A DNA stretch of 64,000 nt from Parcubacteria group bacterium (GCA_041664225.1 JBAYLE010000001.1:68939-132938); one strand, 5' to 3'; positions 36,237-45,988 are shown, numbered from the stretch's first letter. The notes: generated by a model from the letters alone, not told the origin. A program made the numbers and translations.

Positions 36237-37706
36237 ATGTCTAAATACATACCAGTAATCGGGATGGAAATTCACGTTGAGCTCAAGACTAAGAGCAAGA
36301 TGTTTTGTGATTCTAAAAATGGACTAGGACAGGAGTCGGAACCAAATGTGAACATTTGTCCGGTTTGCACCGGCCAACCAGGAACTTTGCCGGTGGCCAA
36401 TCGGCAAGCGATTGAATTTGTGCAGATGGCCGGATTGGCCCTTAATTGTGAAATTGCCAAAGTTTCCAAATTTGACCGTAAAAACTATTTTTATCCTGAT
36501 TTGCCCAAAGGCTATCAAATTTCACAATATGACCAACCATTATGTGGAAAGGGCTCGCTGGATATCGATGGCAAAACAATAGGCATCACTCGGATTCACC
36601 TAGAAGAGGACACCGGCAAATTGGTGCATCCGAAAAATGTCGATTATTCGCTGGTGGACTTTAACCGAGCCGGGGTGCCGCTAATGGAGCTGGTGACAGA
36701 ACCAGACATCGAAACGGGAGCAGAAGCCCGTCTATTTTGCCAAAAATTGCAGCAGATTTGCCGATATCTAGGCATTTCGGACGCAGACATGGAAAAGGGC
36801 AACATGCGCTGTGAGGCCAATATTTCGCTTTACAAGAAAGGCGAGGAAAAACTAAGTGGCACGAAGGTAGAAGTGAAGAATATAAATTCTTTCAAGTTTG
36901 TTGAAAAGGCGATTGATGCCGAAATAAAGCGTCAGACAGCGCTTTTAGGGAAGGACGGAAAGGTGATCCAAGAGACTCGCGGTTGGGATGAAACCAAGGG
37001 CGAAACTGTTCCACAACGCGTCAAGGAATCCGCTCACGATTATCGATATTTCCCCGAACCTGACATCCCGCCGTTGCGATTTACGGATGACTACATCGAA
37101 AAATTACGCCGCAGCTTGCCGGAATTGCCTGACCAAAAAGAAAAGAGATTTATGGCTGAATATGGTTTGTCTCGCGAAAATATGGATGTCATAACAAGTG
37201 ACAAAAGTTTAGCTGAATACTTTGAGGAAGTGGTTTCTGAGATCAAAGAAAAAATGAAATGCGGCGAAGTCATTGGTGATGAGGTAAAGTGTTTGAAACT
37301 CTCAGCTAATTATATGGTTAGCGAATTACAGAAACATTTGATCAAAAATAGTCACAAAATTGAGGAGATAAAAATAACTCCCGAAAATTATGCCGAACTG
37401 ATCGGTTTCATAGCAGAAGGAAAAATAAATTCCAGCGCGGCCCAGGCAGTGTTGGAAGAAATGTATCACACTGGCGGTGATCCCTCACAAATCATCGAAG
37501 CTAAGGGGTTGATCCAAATGAGCGATGAAGGTGTTCTTGAAGCGATTGTGGATAAGGTGATTAGTAAAAACCAAAAATCATCCGAGGATTATAAAGCTGG
37601 CAAGCAGAACGCCCTGCAGTTTTTGATGGGGCAGGTGATGAAAGACTCAAAAGGTAGAGCGAATCCGCAGATAGTGATTGAAATGTTAAAGAAAAAATTA
37701 AGTTAA
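36237..37706 (+). CDS. gatB: Asp/Glu-tRNA(Asn/Gln) amidotransferase subunit B
   Basis: PVIGMEIHVELKTKSKMFC...; start chosen at MSKYIP to avoid overlap. Confidence 0.93.
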   Translation: MSKYIPVIGMEIHVELKTKSKMFCDSKNGLGQESEPNVNICPVCTGQPGTLPVANRQAIEFVQMAGLALNCEIAKVSKFDRKNYFYPDLPKGYQISQYDQPLCGKGSLDIDGKTIGITRIHLEEDTGKLVHPKNVDYSLVDFNRAGVPLMELVTEPDIETGAEARLFCQKLQQICRYLGISDADMEKGNMRCEANISLYKKGEEKLSGTKVEVKNINSFKFVEKAIDAEIKRQTALLGKDGKVIQETRGWDETKGETVPQRVKESAHDYRYFPEPDIPPLRFTDDYIEKLRRSLPELPDQKEKRFMAEYGLSRENMDVITSDKSLAEYFEEVVSEIKEKMKCGEVIGDEVKCLKLSANYMVSELQKHLIKNSHKIEEIKITPENYAELIGFIAEGKINSSAAQAVLEEMYHTGGDPSQIIEAKGLIQMSDEGVLEAIVDKVISKNQKSSEDYKAGKQNALQFLMGQVMKDSKGRANPQIVIEMLKKKLS

Positions 37707-37711
37707 AAAAT

Positions 37712-37957
37712 ATGTTATTTAGAAACATCGAAAAAGGGTCGGAAAGCAAGGAAGAAGAGCGGCTTATGGAAGAAAGTATTGGCGGGCCTTGGGATAAAAA
37801 TTACTCCGAACAGCTGGATGATCAAGGTGAACCGATTGAAGAAGAGGAGCTGGATTTGGTGAATCCGTTTAAAGATTTGGATGAAAAAACCTTAGAAAGG
37901 ATGAGGTTAGAGACAGAAGAAGAAAGGAGAAAAAATGAAGAAAAGCTTGCTGCTTGA
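37712..37957 (+). CDS. Hypothetical small acidic protein
   Basis: 81 aa, very Glu/Asp-rich; no family recognised. Confidence 0.4.
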   Translation: MLFRNIEKGSESKEEERLMEESIGGPWDKNYSEQLDDQGEPIEEEELDLVNPFKDLDEKTLERMRLETEEERRKNEEKLAA

Positions 37958-38057
37958 CGAAGTTTTTAAGGTTTGCTATGATTGGTAAAATATGAAAATG
38001 CCAGCAACAAAATTCAGAAAGAGGCCAATGGTTGTTTCATATTTTCTGAAAAGGGTA

Positions 38058-38084
38058 TTCCGCCAATAGGGCGGATTTTTTTTG
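38058..38084 (+). terminator. Intrinsic terminator with TCCGCC-AATAG-GGCGGA palindrome + T8
   Basis: attccgccaatagggcggatttttttt. Confidence 0.7.
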
Positions 38085-38167
38085 GCTCTTTAACAAAACG
38101 AAGATCATTAGAATTATTAAAATAATGGCTAGCAAAAAATTTATCAAAGTTAAAAAGGAGGAAGGTC

Positions 38168-38536
38168 ATGTTAACAACCTCGAAGGATGTAGCCTCAAAA
38201 AAAGTTGTTTTTGATCAAAGCGATCTGGATGGGATTCCGAATATTCTTTCTGTGGTTTTTGCTGAAACGGCAGGTACAGACTTCCAGCATAGAGCTGAAG
38301 TCCTGTTTGAACGGACGGGGGCGATGTTGGATCCAATCGAACTTGGTTATTCGCAAAAAAATATTGCTGATATCGTAACATCTCGCGTCAAAATCATATG
38401 CCCTTTCTGCGGGGACGCGTTCATCGGACCATGCTACTGTCTCGGGGAAGGGGTAATCTCATTGCTGGATAAGGAAAAATTTGAAATGATATTATTGAAA
38501 AATATCAATGAACAACGGCAAGTGTCTTTGCCCTGA
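38168..38536 (+). CDS. Hypothetical protein with CPFC...CYC cysteine motif
   Basis: 122 aa ORF preceded by strong RBS AAAAAGGAGGAAGGTC. Confidence 0.55.
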   Translation: MLTTSKDVASKKVVFDQSDLDGIPNILSVVFAETAGTDFQHRAEVLFERTGAMLDPIELGYSQKNIADIVTSRVKIICPFCGDAFIGPCYCLGEGVISLLDKEKFEMILLKNINEQRQVSLP

Positions 38537-38615
38537 AAGTCCTTAAGTGGTAGTCGAGAAACATGGAAAATAGCAAACTATATTAAACCGGCAAGTTAAT
38601 TCTTGCCGGGCTTTT

Positions 38616-39563
38616 TTATTGAATAAAAAATTTTGATTTTCTTTCAATTTTTTTGTAGCTTGCAAGCCATTTTATCCTTTTATCTTTTTGAAACCAAGTC
38701 ATTTGCCGTTTAGCGTAATCTTTTTCAGCCTGGTAGACTTTTTCAAAAAGTTCCTTTCTGGATATTTTGCCTTGTAAAAACAGAGGAATCCAAAAATAGC
38801 CCAAACCGAAGCTTTGAATTTTTTTCCAGCTTAATTTATATTTTTCACGCAAATTTTTAACTTCCTTGATCATGCCTTGCGCGAAGCGTTTTTCAAGACG
38901 TTTTTTTATATTTTTTTGTAATTTTTCTTTAGAAACATTTATGCCTATTTGAAGAAAAGTAAACTGTGAGTCGTCGATCGTTAACTGTGAACTAATTTTT
39001 GGGACGTATCCCAAAAATTTTGCTATTTCGATTGCCCGAATCAGTCGCACCGGATTTTTTTGGTCGATATTTTTGGCTCTTTCTGGATCAAGTTTTTTGA
39101 GCATTTTGAAAAGTGTTTCCGCGGATTTGTTACGTAGCTTGTTACGTAATTCTTTGTTGGGTGCGACTTCTGGGAAATTGACATTGTCCACAATCGCCTT
39201 GATCCAAAATCCAGTACCACCACAGATGATAGGTAACTTCCCGCGCTGCAAAATATCCGCAATAATTTTTTCGGCTTGTTTTTTAAATTTTAAAACATTG
39301 TAATCAGTTTTTGGATCCACGATATCCAGCATCCAATGTTTGATGCCAGCCATTTCTTTCTTAGTAATTTTTCCAGTACCGACATCCATCCCACGATAAA
39401 TCTGCCGGCTGTCGGCCGAAATCACTTCGCCGTTGAATTTTTTGGCAAGCTTAACAGCTACCTCTGATTTGCCACTTGAAGTAGGACCAAGGATTACAAT
39501 AATTTTTCTCCGCCTTGTGTCGACGAGTGTCTTCACGATTCGAGACGGGCCTCGAGATTCCAT
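38616..39563 (-). CDS. miaA: tRNA dimethylallyltransferase
   Basis: ILGPTSSGKSE P-loop, DSRQIYRGMDVGTGK. Confidence 0.92.
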   Translation of the reverse strand: MESRGPSRIVKTLVDTRRRKIIVILGPTSSGKSEVAVKLAKKFNGEVISADSRQIYRGMDVGTGKITKKEMAGIKHWMLDIVDPKTDYNVLKFKKQAEKIIADILQRGKLPIICGGTGFWIKAIVDNVNFPEVAPNKELRNKLRNKSAETLFKMLKKLDPERAKNIDQKNPVRLIRAIEIAKFLGYVPKISSQLTIDDSQFTFLQIGINVSKEKLQKNIKKRLEKRFAQGMIKEVKNLREKYKLSWKKIQSFGLGYFWIPLFLQGKISRKELFEKVYQAEKDYAKRQMTWFQKDKRIKWLASYKKIERKSKFFIQ

Positions 39564-40867
39564 ATATTAGCTTTGGTTACTTTAACTTTAACTATTTTTC
39601 CGATCAAATTTTTTCGCTTGCTTTTCAATTTTACATTTTTCATTGTTCTGGTTCTACCGAAGTAAAAACCGTTTTTATAACTTTCAATCAGGACATCCAA
39701 AGCTTTCCCTACATATTTTTTGTTATTTTCAAAACTCGTCTTTTTTAAAATTTCATTGAGATATTTTTCGCGATTGACTTTTTCGAGCTTGGAAATGTTA
39801 TCATGCATATTCCAGGCGGCTGTGCCGGGGCGTGGAGAATACTGCCCGAAAAAGACCATATCATATTTGGCTTCGCGCATAATCTCGGCTGAATCCAAAA
39901 ATTGTTTTTTGGTTTCTCTGGGAAAGCCGACGATAATGTCTGAGGTTATAGCATAAGGTGCTTCAGGTCTGTATTTTTGGTAAGCCCTTTTAATTTTCTC
40001 TACCAGCTTTAAATATTGCTCGGCTGTATATTTGCGATTCATTCTTCGCAAAATTTCATTCGAACCGGATTGGATGGGCAAGTGAAAACATTCGCAAACC
40101 TTTTCACATTTGGCGACTGTTTCAATCATTTCATCAGTGACGTCTTTTGGGTGATTGCTTAAAAATTGAATCCAAAAATTTCCAGGAATAGCGTCGATTT
40201 TTTTGAGTAGCTGGGAAAAATTTGTTTTGCCATCTTTGTAACTATTCACATTTTGTCCTAACAGCACAATTTCTTTAAATCCGTTTTTAGCCAATCCTTT
40301 AACTTCCTTAATGATTTCGTTAGCCGGTCTCGAAGCTTCTCTGCCGCGGGCATATGGCACGACACAATATGAGCAGAAATTATTGCAACCGGTCATGATG
40401 GGCACAAAGGTCTGATGCTTATTAGTGCGCTTGGGATCTATTGAAAGATAGGCAATGTTTTCTTGAGTTGGAGAGATATCTTTTTGTACCGAATTTTTAA
40501 TTTTTAATTTTGTAATTTTTAAATAATTCTTAATGATAAAATTTTCAAACAGCTCAAATTGATTAATTGGAAAAAACAAATCCACTTTATCTTTCAATCT
40601 TTTTTGTACGTCTTCTCTATTTGCTAAGCATCCAGTTAGAATTATTTTGATTTGGGGGTATTTTTTTCTGAGGTTATGGATCTGACCATAAGCCCGGTCT
40701 TCCGCCATCTGGCGCACGCCGCAAGTGTTAAAAACAACCAAGTCGGCTGAATTTATATCTTTAGCCGGTTTAAATTTATGCAATTCCAAAAACCCAGCGA
40801 TGCGTTCCGAATCACTTGTGTTCATTTGACACCCAAAAGTCTTTATGAAATACTTATTTCTTATCAT
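39533..40867 (-). CDS. miaB: tRNA-2-methylthio-N6-dimethylallyladenosine synthase (radical-SAM methylthiotransferase)
   Basis: FGCQMN MTTase N-domain, CNNFCSYC radical-SAM motif, TRAM C-terminus. Confidence 0.9.
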   Translation of the reverse strand: MIRNKYFIKTFGCQMNTSDSERIAGFLELHKFKPAKDINSADLVVFNTCGVRQMAEDRAYGQIHNLRKKYPQIKIILTGCLANREDVQKRLKDKVDLFFPINQFELFENFIIKNYLKITKLKIKNSVQKDISPTQENIAYLSIDPKRTNKHQTFVPIMTGCNNFCSYCVVPYARGREASRPANEIIKEVKGLAKNGFKEIVLLGQNVNSYKDGKTNFSQLLKKIDAIPGNFWIQFLSNHPKDVTDEMIETVAKCEKVCECFHLPIQSGSNEILRRMNRKYTAEQYLKLVEKIKRAYQKYRPEAPYAITSDIIVGFPRETKKQFLDSAEIMREAKYDMVFFGQYSPRPGTAAWNMHDNISKLEKVNREKYLNEILKKTSFENNKKYVGKALDVLIESYKNGFYFGRTRTMKNVKLKSKRKNLIGKIVKVKVTKANIWNLEARLES

Positions 40868-42620
40868 TTATTTCTTTGACAATCTTTTCTGTAAATTCAT
40901 CAACTTTCATTACTTCTTGCTTCTTATCTCCGCGGCTGCGTACAGCGACGGAATCCGCGTTCATTTCTTTTTCACCAACTACCAGCATGTATGGAATTTT
41001 TTGTTTTTCGGCTTCGGAAATACGTTTCCCTAAACTTTCTTTGGAATCATCAAGTTCGGCTCGGATACCAGCCTCTATTAATTTATCTTTTACAGTTTTG
41101 GCATAAGCTCCAAATTTTTCTTCAGAAACGGGGATGACAACCGCTTGGACAGGGGAGAGCCAAACTGGAAAGGCGCCAGCGAAGTGTTCAATGAGTAATA
41201 CTAAAAATCTTTCATAGGATCCAAGCACTGCTCTGTGTACCATGACTGGGCTTACTTTTTCTCCTTTTTCATTTATGTAAACTAACTCAAATCTTTTTGG
41301 AGTGGCAAAATCCAGTTGAACTGTAGGTATTTGAATTTCTTTGCCTATGGCATCCTTGAACATGAAATCCAATTTTGGTCCGTAAAGTGCTGCTTCGCCT
41401 TCGCGTCTTTTTGCCTTGAGTCCCATCTCATCAGAAACTTCCTGGAGCATTTTTTCACACAAATCCCAATCCTCTTCTGTGCCAATATATTTTTCTGGGT
41501 GTTCATAATCCCTTACTGATAAAGAGATCCAGTGATTTCCCCAAAGTCCAAGAGCGCTGTAAAAATCTTTTATTATCTTTACCATATTAATCACTTCATC
41601 TTTTACCTGATCAACCCGGCAGAAAGAATGTCCATCTTCAACGGTAATGGCGTAAACACGATTTAACCCGCCAACTTCGCCGGTTTTTTCAGCGCGATAT
41701 TGTCTGTCGGATTCCATATATCTTATTGGTAATTCTTTGTAAGATCTCATTTTTGAAGCATAGATCTGGGTTTGATGAGGACACTGAACAGGCTTCAGAG
41801 AAAACTCATGATTTTTGGGCGAAGTAACAGAAAAAAGTTCCTCGCCAAATTTTGTCGCGTGGCCGGAAATTTCAAACAATTCTCTTTTTGCTAAGTGGGG
41901 AGTTTTCACTTTTTGAAATCCATATTTTCGGCAAACCATTTCAATATGTTTTTGAAGCTCATCGATAATTATCGTCCCTTTCGGAGTGTAGAGCGGAAGT
42001 CCAGGACCTACTAAATCAGAAAAGCAAAATAAATCCAACTCTTTTCCTAATTTACGATGATCTCGCGTCTTGGCTTCTTCCAGCATCTTTAAATATTCAT
42101 CCAATTCTTTTTTGCTTTCGAAAGCTACGCCATAAATTCTTTGCAGTTGTTTGTTTTTTTCATCACCCTTCCAATAGGCGCCGGAAATTTTGGTAAGCTT
42201 AAAAGATTCTGCGTTAATTTTGCCGGTTGATTTGATATGCGGGCCAGAACATAAATCTACAAAGCCGTTCGTCTTATAAACCGAAACTTTTTTATTGCCT
42301 TCTTCGGCTAGGCCGTTGATCAACTCGACTTTATATGGCTCCTGGGCTTTGATGAAATGTTCGAGCGCGTTTTCGATAGAAATCTCCTCTTTTTCAAACG
42401 GATAATCCGCTTTGATGATTTCTCTCATTTTTCCTTCCAGAATCTGAAGATCTTCGGGGATGAGCGTGCGAGGCAAATCGAAGTCATAATAGAACCCGTT
42501 TTCAATGGCTGGGCCGATGCCGAATTTAGCATCCGGAAACATTTCCAAAACCGCCGCCGCCAAAACATGGGCGGTAGAGTGGCGGATAATTTCTAAATTA
42601 TTTTGTTCTGATTTTTTCAT
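40854..42620 (-). CDS. thrS: Threonine--tRNA ligase (no N-terminal TGS domain)
   Basis: Editing-domain HSTAHVL motif, class II core motifs, anticodon-binding C-terminus. Confidence 0.93.
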   Translation of the reverse strand: MKKSEQNNLEIIRHSTAHVLAAAVLEMFPDAKFGIGPAIENGFYYDFDLPRTLIPEDLQILEGKMREIIKADYPFEKEEISIENALEHFIKAQEPYKVELINGLAEEGNKKVSVYKTNGFVDLCSGPHIKSTGKINAESFKLTKISGAYWKGDEKNKQLQRIYGVAFESKKELDEYLKMLEEAKTRDHRKLGKELDLFCFSDLVGPGLPLYTPKGTIIIDELQKHIEMVCRKYGFQKVKTPHLAKRELFEISGHATKFGEELFSVTSPKNHEFSLKPVQCPHQTQIYASKMRSYKELPIRYMESDRQYRAEKTGEVGGLNRVYAITVEDGHSFCRVDQVKDEVINMVKIIKDFYSALGLWGNHWISLSVRDYEHPEKYIGTEEDWDLCEKMLQEVSDEMGLKAKRREGEAALYGPKLDFMFKDAIGKEIQIPTVQLDFATPKRFELVYINEKGEKVSPVMVHRAVLGSYERFLVLLIEHFAGAFPVWLSPVQAVVIPVSEEKFGAYAKTVKDKLIEAGIRAELDDSKESLGKRISEAEKQKIPYMLVVGEKEMNADSVAVRSRGDKKQEVMKVDEFTEKIVKEINDKK

Positions 42621-42643
42621 AAGTTTAAAATTAATTAATATGC

Positions 42644-42679
42644 GGACTTACGCAATTTTTTCACCAAACGCGCAAGTCC
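42644..42679 (-). promoter_or_regulatory. Imperfect palindrome GGACTTACGCA-N14-CGCGCAAGTCC in the thrS 5' leader (24 nt upstream of ATG)
   Basis: 10-bp potential stem; same motif as the thyA leader. Confidence 0.45.
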
Positions 42680-42955
42680 TATAAAAAAACACCTAAAAAT
42701 TATTAGACTTCAGGACCCTGATTTGTGTCGGGGCGGTTCCACCTGAATTCCCATAATTTTTGGGCGCTCATGAGCCTTCCGAAAGGGCTCTAAGTTGTCT
42801 TGCCAACTTGTAACAGAAACTCCATGGTTGGTAGCCATTTCAAAATTTCATTAAATTGTAATTTTATTGTAGCAAAAAGTGGAATAAAAGCAAGAACCCC
42901 CTTGTATTTGCTTGTAAGTGAGTAAAAAAAATAGAATAGAGAGGAGGTGGCATGT

Positions 42956-43162
42956 ATGCAAAAGTTAAATGCACTTGATTGGGTCGCAGTGGTTTTGGTG
43001 GTTATCGGCGGGCTTAATTGGGGCTTGGTCGGGCTTTTTGGTTTCAACTTGGTTGATACTATCTTCGGGGTGATGGGAGCTATCTCCCGCGTCGTTTATG
43101 TTGTTGTTGGCCTGGCATCACTATATTTGGTTTTCTCTGTTTCTTCTTGGGGCAAGCAGTAA
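42956..43162 (+). CDS. DUF378-family small membrane protein
   Basis: MQKLNALDWVAVVLVVIGGLNWGLVG signature; strong RBS AGGAGG. Confidence 0.75.
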   Translation: MQKLNALDWVAVVLVVIGGLNWGLVGLFGFNLVDTIFGVMGAISRVVYVVVGLASLYLVFSVSSWGKQ

Positions 43163-43270
43163 TAATGAACTACGCGTAACTCGGTATTTCTAATAGAAAC
43201 GTTAGTGTGTTTTGTTTGGGCAAAAAGGCTCATTCCTTCTTTTGCGCAGGCGGGTATTGACAAACCGACT

Positions 43271-43297
43271 TTGGCCCTCTCAAAAACGTGCTATAAT
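43271..43297 (+). promoter_or_regulatory. Extended -10 promoter (TGCTATAAT) upstream of hup
   Basis: Direct reading; TGnTATAAT at 43289-43297. Confidence 0.45.
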
Positions 43298-43326
43298 AAC
43301 AGCATAAGTAATAATTAAAAAACAAC

Positions 43327-43608
43327 ATGGCAAAAATGACCAAGTCACAAATCGTTGCCGCCCTGGCTGAAAAGTCAGGAATGGCGAAAAAAGATGTTGT
43401 GAGCTTTATGGACACGCTGACAGAGCTGGCGTATTCCGAAGTGAAGAAGAACGGGGAATTTGTTCTTCCTGGATTCGGAAAGATGGTAAAAGCAAGAAGA
43501 AAAGCTAGAATGGGCGTAAACCCAGCAACTGGCGAAAAGATTCAAATTGCTGCTAAAACCGTAGTTAAGTTCCGTTTAGCTAAAGCTGCAAAAGAGGCTG
43601 TTTTATAA
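43327..43608 (+). CDS. hup: DNA-binding protein HU
   Basis: 93 aa; MTKSQIVAALAEKSG...GFGKMVKARRKARMGVNPATGEKIQI arm motif. Confidence 0.93.
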   Translation: MAKMTKSQIVAALAEKSGMAKKDVVSFMDTLTELAYSEVKKNGEFVLPGFGKMVKARRKARMGVNPATGEKIQIAAKTVVKFRLAKAAKEAVL

Positions 43609-43672
43609 TCAAAGATCTTTTATCAAAAAATGGCCAAGATTTTTCTTGAGCCGTTTTTTGTTTTTGATGGTT

Positions 43673-43758
43673 TACCCCCACACCAATTGAGGTATTTATG
43701 TTAGAATATAAATAGCTGATCGAATGCGTTTTGAAAGATTGCAATTGGTGTGGGGGTA
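43673..43758 (+). repeat. Perfect 17-bp inverted repeat (TACCCCCACACCAATTG / CAATTGGTGTGGGGGTA) enclosing a 52-nt AT-rich loop, 12 nt upstream of the next start codon
   Basis: Direct reading; the 3' arm overlaps a G-rich SD-like region. Confidence 0.6.
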
Positions 43759-43769
43759 AATAAATACAA

Positions 43770-44954
43770 ATGGCGAGAAAAATACTTAGCTTATTGGGTA
43801 AAATAGTTATTGTCGCGGCAATAGCCTTTTTGCTTATTTGGATCAAAACCGGACGTAAGATTGGAATAAATCCTAGTCAACCGATGCAAAGTGCCCAGGA
43901 AGTCTCCAGCCAGGTAGAGCAACTCCCGCAAAAAATAAATCCCAAGGTCATCAATTTCAAATGGGCTTATAATAAAAAAAATTACGCGATAACCGAAACG
44001 CTTTATGGTTCGATTTATGATTTTTATCGAACAAAACCCAAGGAATTTGAATATCAGGGGATGCTGCCCGATGATTGGAAGGAAAAGTATTTCAGCATGT
44101 TTTTACAAGTTGCTGACGGAGATGATGCTGTCCAAACGATTGCGGATGATATTAAGCAGGCCGGCCTAAAAAACGGGCTGAGTAATGATCAACTGGCAGA
44201 ACTCGTCGTGTCCTTTGTGCAGGCCATGCCGTACGATGACGCTAGGGCAAAAAAAATCCTGAGTGGACAGGGGAGCGGCCTGACTAATTATCCCTATGAA
44301 ACTCTCTATGAGGGCAAGGGGGTTTGTTCGGATAAAAGCTTCTTGGCGTATCTGTTGCTTAAGGATCTGGGATATGGCGCGTCGCTTTTTGTTTATGAAT
44401 CAGAAAATCATATGGCGGTCGGTGTCCAATGTTCAATCCAGTATTCAAGCTATGAATCGGGATATTGTTACGCGGAAACAACAACAGTTGGTGGAAAGAT
44501 AGGCATGATCCCGAGTTTGAACGCGCAAAATAATCAAGCGCAGACAATCAAAAAATTAAATTATTATGGCCAACAGGAGCAGTTCGATGTGAAGAATTTA
44601 GGACCCGTGGAAATATATGAAAAAATATCGGGAAATACATACGCGGGGATAATAAGCACTCTAAAGATTTCGCAAAGGATCGATACTTTAAGCAGATTGA
44701 TAATAAGTGAAAAAAAATCTTTGACTGCTATTAACTCGCAGATTAATGCTGACAAGGCGGACCTCAAAGAGATGGAAAAAAAGTTGGAAAAATTTTCCGA
44801 CGCGGACAATTATAAGGACTACAATAATTTAGTACCGAAATATAATGACCTCGTTTCCAAGTTGAAAAAAGAAATCAAGGATTATAATGCGCGGGTGAAC
44901 ACATATAATCAGAAGATCAATGAGTATAACAGCTTGATTGCCAATTTTCAGTAG
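43770..44954 (+). CDS. Membrane-anchored transglutaminase-like (Cys-His-Asp) domain protein with C-terminal coiled coil
   Basis: N-terminal TM; GKGVCSDKSFLAYLLLKDLGYGASLFVYESENHMAVGV resembles the transglutaminase-like core. Confidence 0.5.
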   Translation: MARKILSLLGKIVIVAAIAFLLIWIKTGRKIGINPSQPMQSAQEVSSQVEQLPQKINPKVINFKWAYNKKNYAITETLYGSIYDFYRTKPKEFEYQGMLPDDWKEKYFSMFLQVADGDDAVQTIADDIKQAGLKNGLSNDQLAELVVSFVQAMPYDDARAKKILSGQGSGLTNYPYETLYEGKGVCSDKSFLAYLLLKDLGYGASLFVYESENHMAVGVQCSIQYSSYESGYCYAETTTVGGKIGMIPSLNAQNNQAQTIKKLNYYGQQEQFDVKNLGPVEIYEKISGNTYAGIISTLKISQRIDTLSRLIISEKKSLTAINSQINADKADLKEMEKKLEKFSDADNYKDYNNLVPKYNDLVSKLKKEIKDYNARVNTYNQKINEYNSLIANFQ

Positions 44955-45008
44955 CCCCTAAATAATGCTATAATAAAAATCAGATAACTATGTAACAAAG
45001 AATAAATT

Positions 45009-45614
45009 ATGTCACAAAGATTATTTTTAGACATCGAAACAATTCCGGCTTCGGAAGAAGCGCGCGAAACTTTGGAAAAATTGCATGCCAAAAAGAACAG
45101 AGGTACTGAGGACTTTGAAGAATATATGGCCAAGACTTCTTTTGACGGCGCTTTTGGCAGAATCCTCTGTATCGGTTACGCGGTCGATGATGACGAAACA
45201 GATGTTTTGTACAATGAAGAAAATGAAAAAGAAACACTGCGCCAATTTTGGGAATTAGCCAAAAATACGGATGTTTTTGTTGGGCATAATGTCATGGATT
45301 TTGATCTGCGGTTTATCTATCAACGCTCGATCGTGAACAATGTCGTGCCATCGGTTGATCTGAGTTTCGCGCGCTACCGGAATTATCCGATTTACGACAC
45401 GATGCGCGAGTGGGCGAAATGGTCTATGAATTCCATCGGCCTCGAACATCTGGCGCTGGCGCTGGGCATTCCGACGCCGAAAGACGGAGGCATCGATGGC
45501 TCGCAGGTTTGGGATTTTTACAAACACGGTAAAGTGCAGGAAATTTTGGATTATTGCAAACGGGATGTGGAAACAACCCGCGCGGTTTTCAAGCGAATGG
45601 TTTTTGAAGATTAA
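45009..45614 (+). CDS. DnaQ-like/PolB-exo-like 3'-5' exonuclease (RNase H fold)
   Basis: Exo motifs LFLDIETIP, GHNVMDFDLRF, YCKRDVETT. Confidence 0.7.
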   Translation: MSQRLFLDIETIPASEEARETLEKLHAKKNRGTEDFEEYMAKTSFDGAFGRILCIGYAVDDDETDVLYNEENEKETLRQFWELAKNTDVFVGHNVMDFDLRFIYQRSIVNNVVPSVDLSFARYRNYPIYDTMREWAKWSMNSIGLEHLALALGIPTPKDGGIDGSQVWDFYKHGKVQEILDYCKRDVETTRAVFKRMVFED

Positions 45615-45630
45615 GAATAAAAAAAATGAA

Positions 45631-45659
45631 GTCCCCAGTGAGATCCGGGGACTTTTTTC
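45631..45659. terminator. Bidirectional intrinsic terminator (GTCCCC...GGGGAC with T-run)
   Basis: gtccccagtgagatccggggactttttt between convergent genes. Confidence 0.7.
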
Positions 45660-45675
45660 TTTGTGGCCTCTTTTG

Positions 45676-45915
45676 TTAAAAGAGGCAGGGTTCGGGCTGA
45701 ACAGCTGGGAGCTTGCGATATTCTCTTAGTTTTTGGTCGAGATTTTCTTTGCCATCGAATGCTTGAATATAGCGCCCGTATGAGACACATTTACCCAGAG
45801 CATGGTATTTGTCGATTATCGCTTTTGTGGCGATCTCGACTTTTTTTTCCTTGCATATTTCTGCAAGCTCTTTCAGCAGGTCTATCTTATGATGTCTTTC
45901 AATGGTTCCGTCCAT
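45676..45915 (-). CDS. Hypothetical small protein (79 aa) with consensus promoter and strong RBS
   Basis: AAAAAAGGAGGTG RBS; TTGACA-17-TATAAT promoter upstream. Confidence 0.55.
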   Translation of the reverse strand: MDGTIERHHKIDLLKELAEICKEKKVEIATKAIIDKYHALGKCVSYGRYIQAFDGKENLDQKLREYRKLPAVQPEPCLF

Positions 45916-45947
45916 TTAGACACCTCCTTTTTTAATGTAATACGCAA

Positions 45948-45975
45948 TTATATTACATTTTTCTTCAATTGTCAA
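45948..45975 (-). promoter_or_regulatory. Consensus sigma70 promoter (TTGACA-17-TATAAT) on minus strand with 8-bp inverted repeat (ATGTAATA/TATTACAT) overlapping the -10
   Basis: Direct reading of the reverse complement. Confidence 0.6.
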
Positions 45976-45988
45976 TAGCTAGGCCGTT

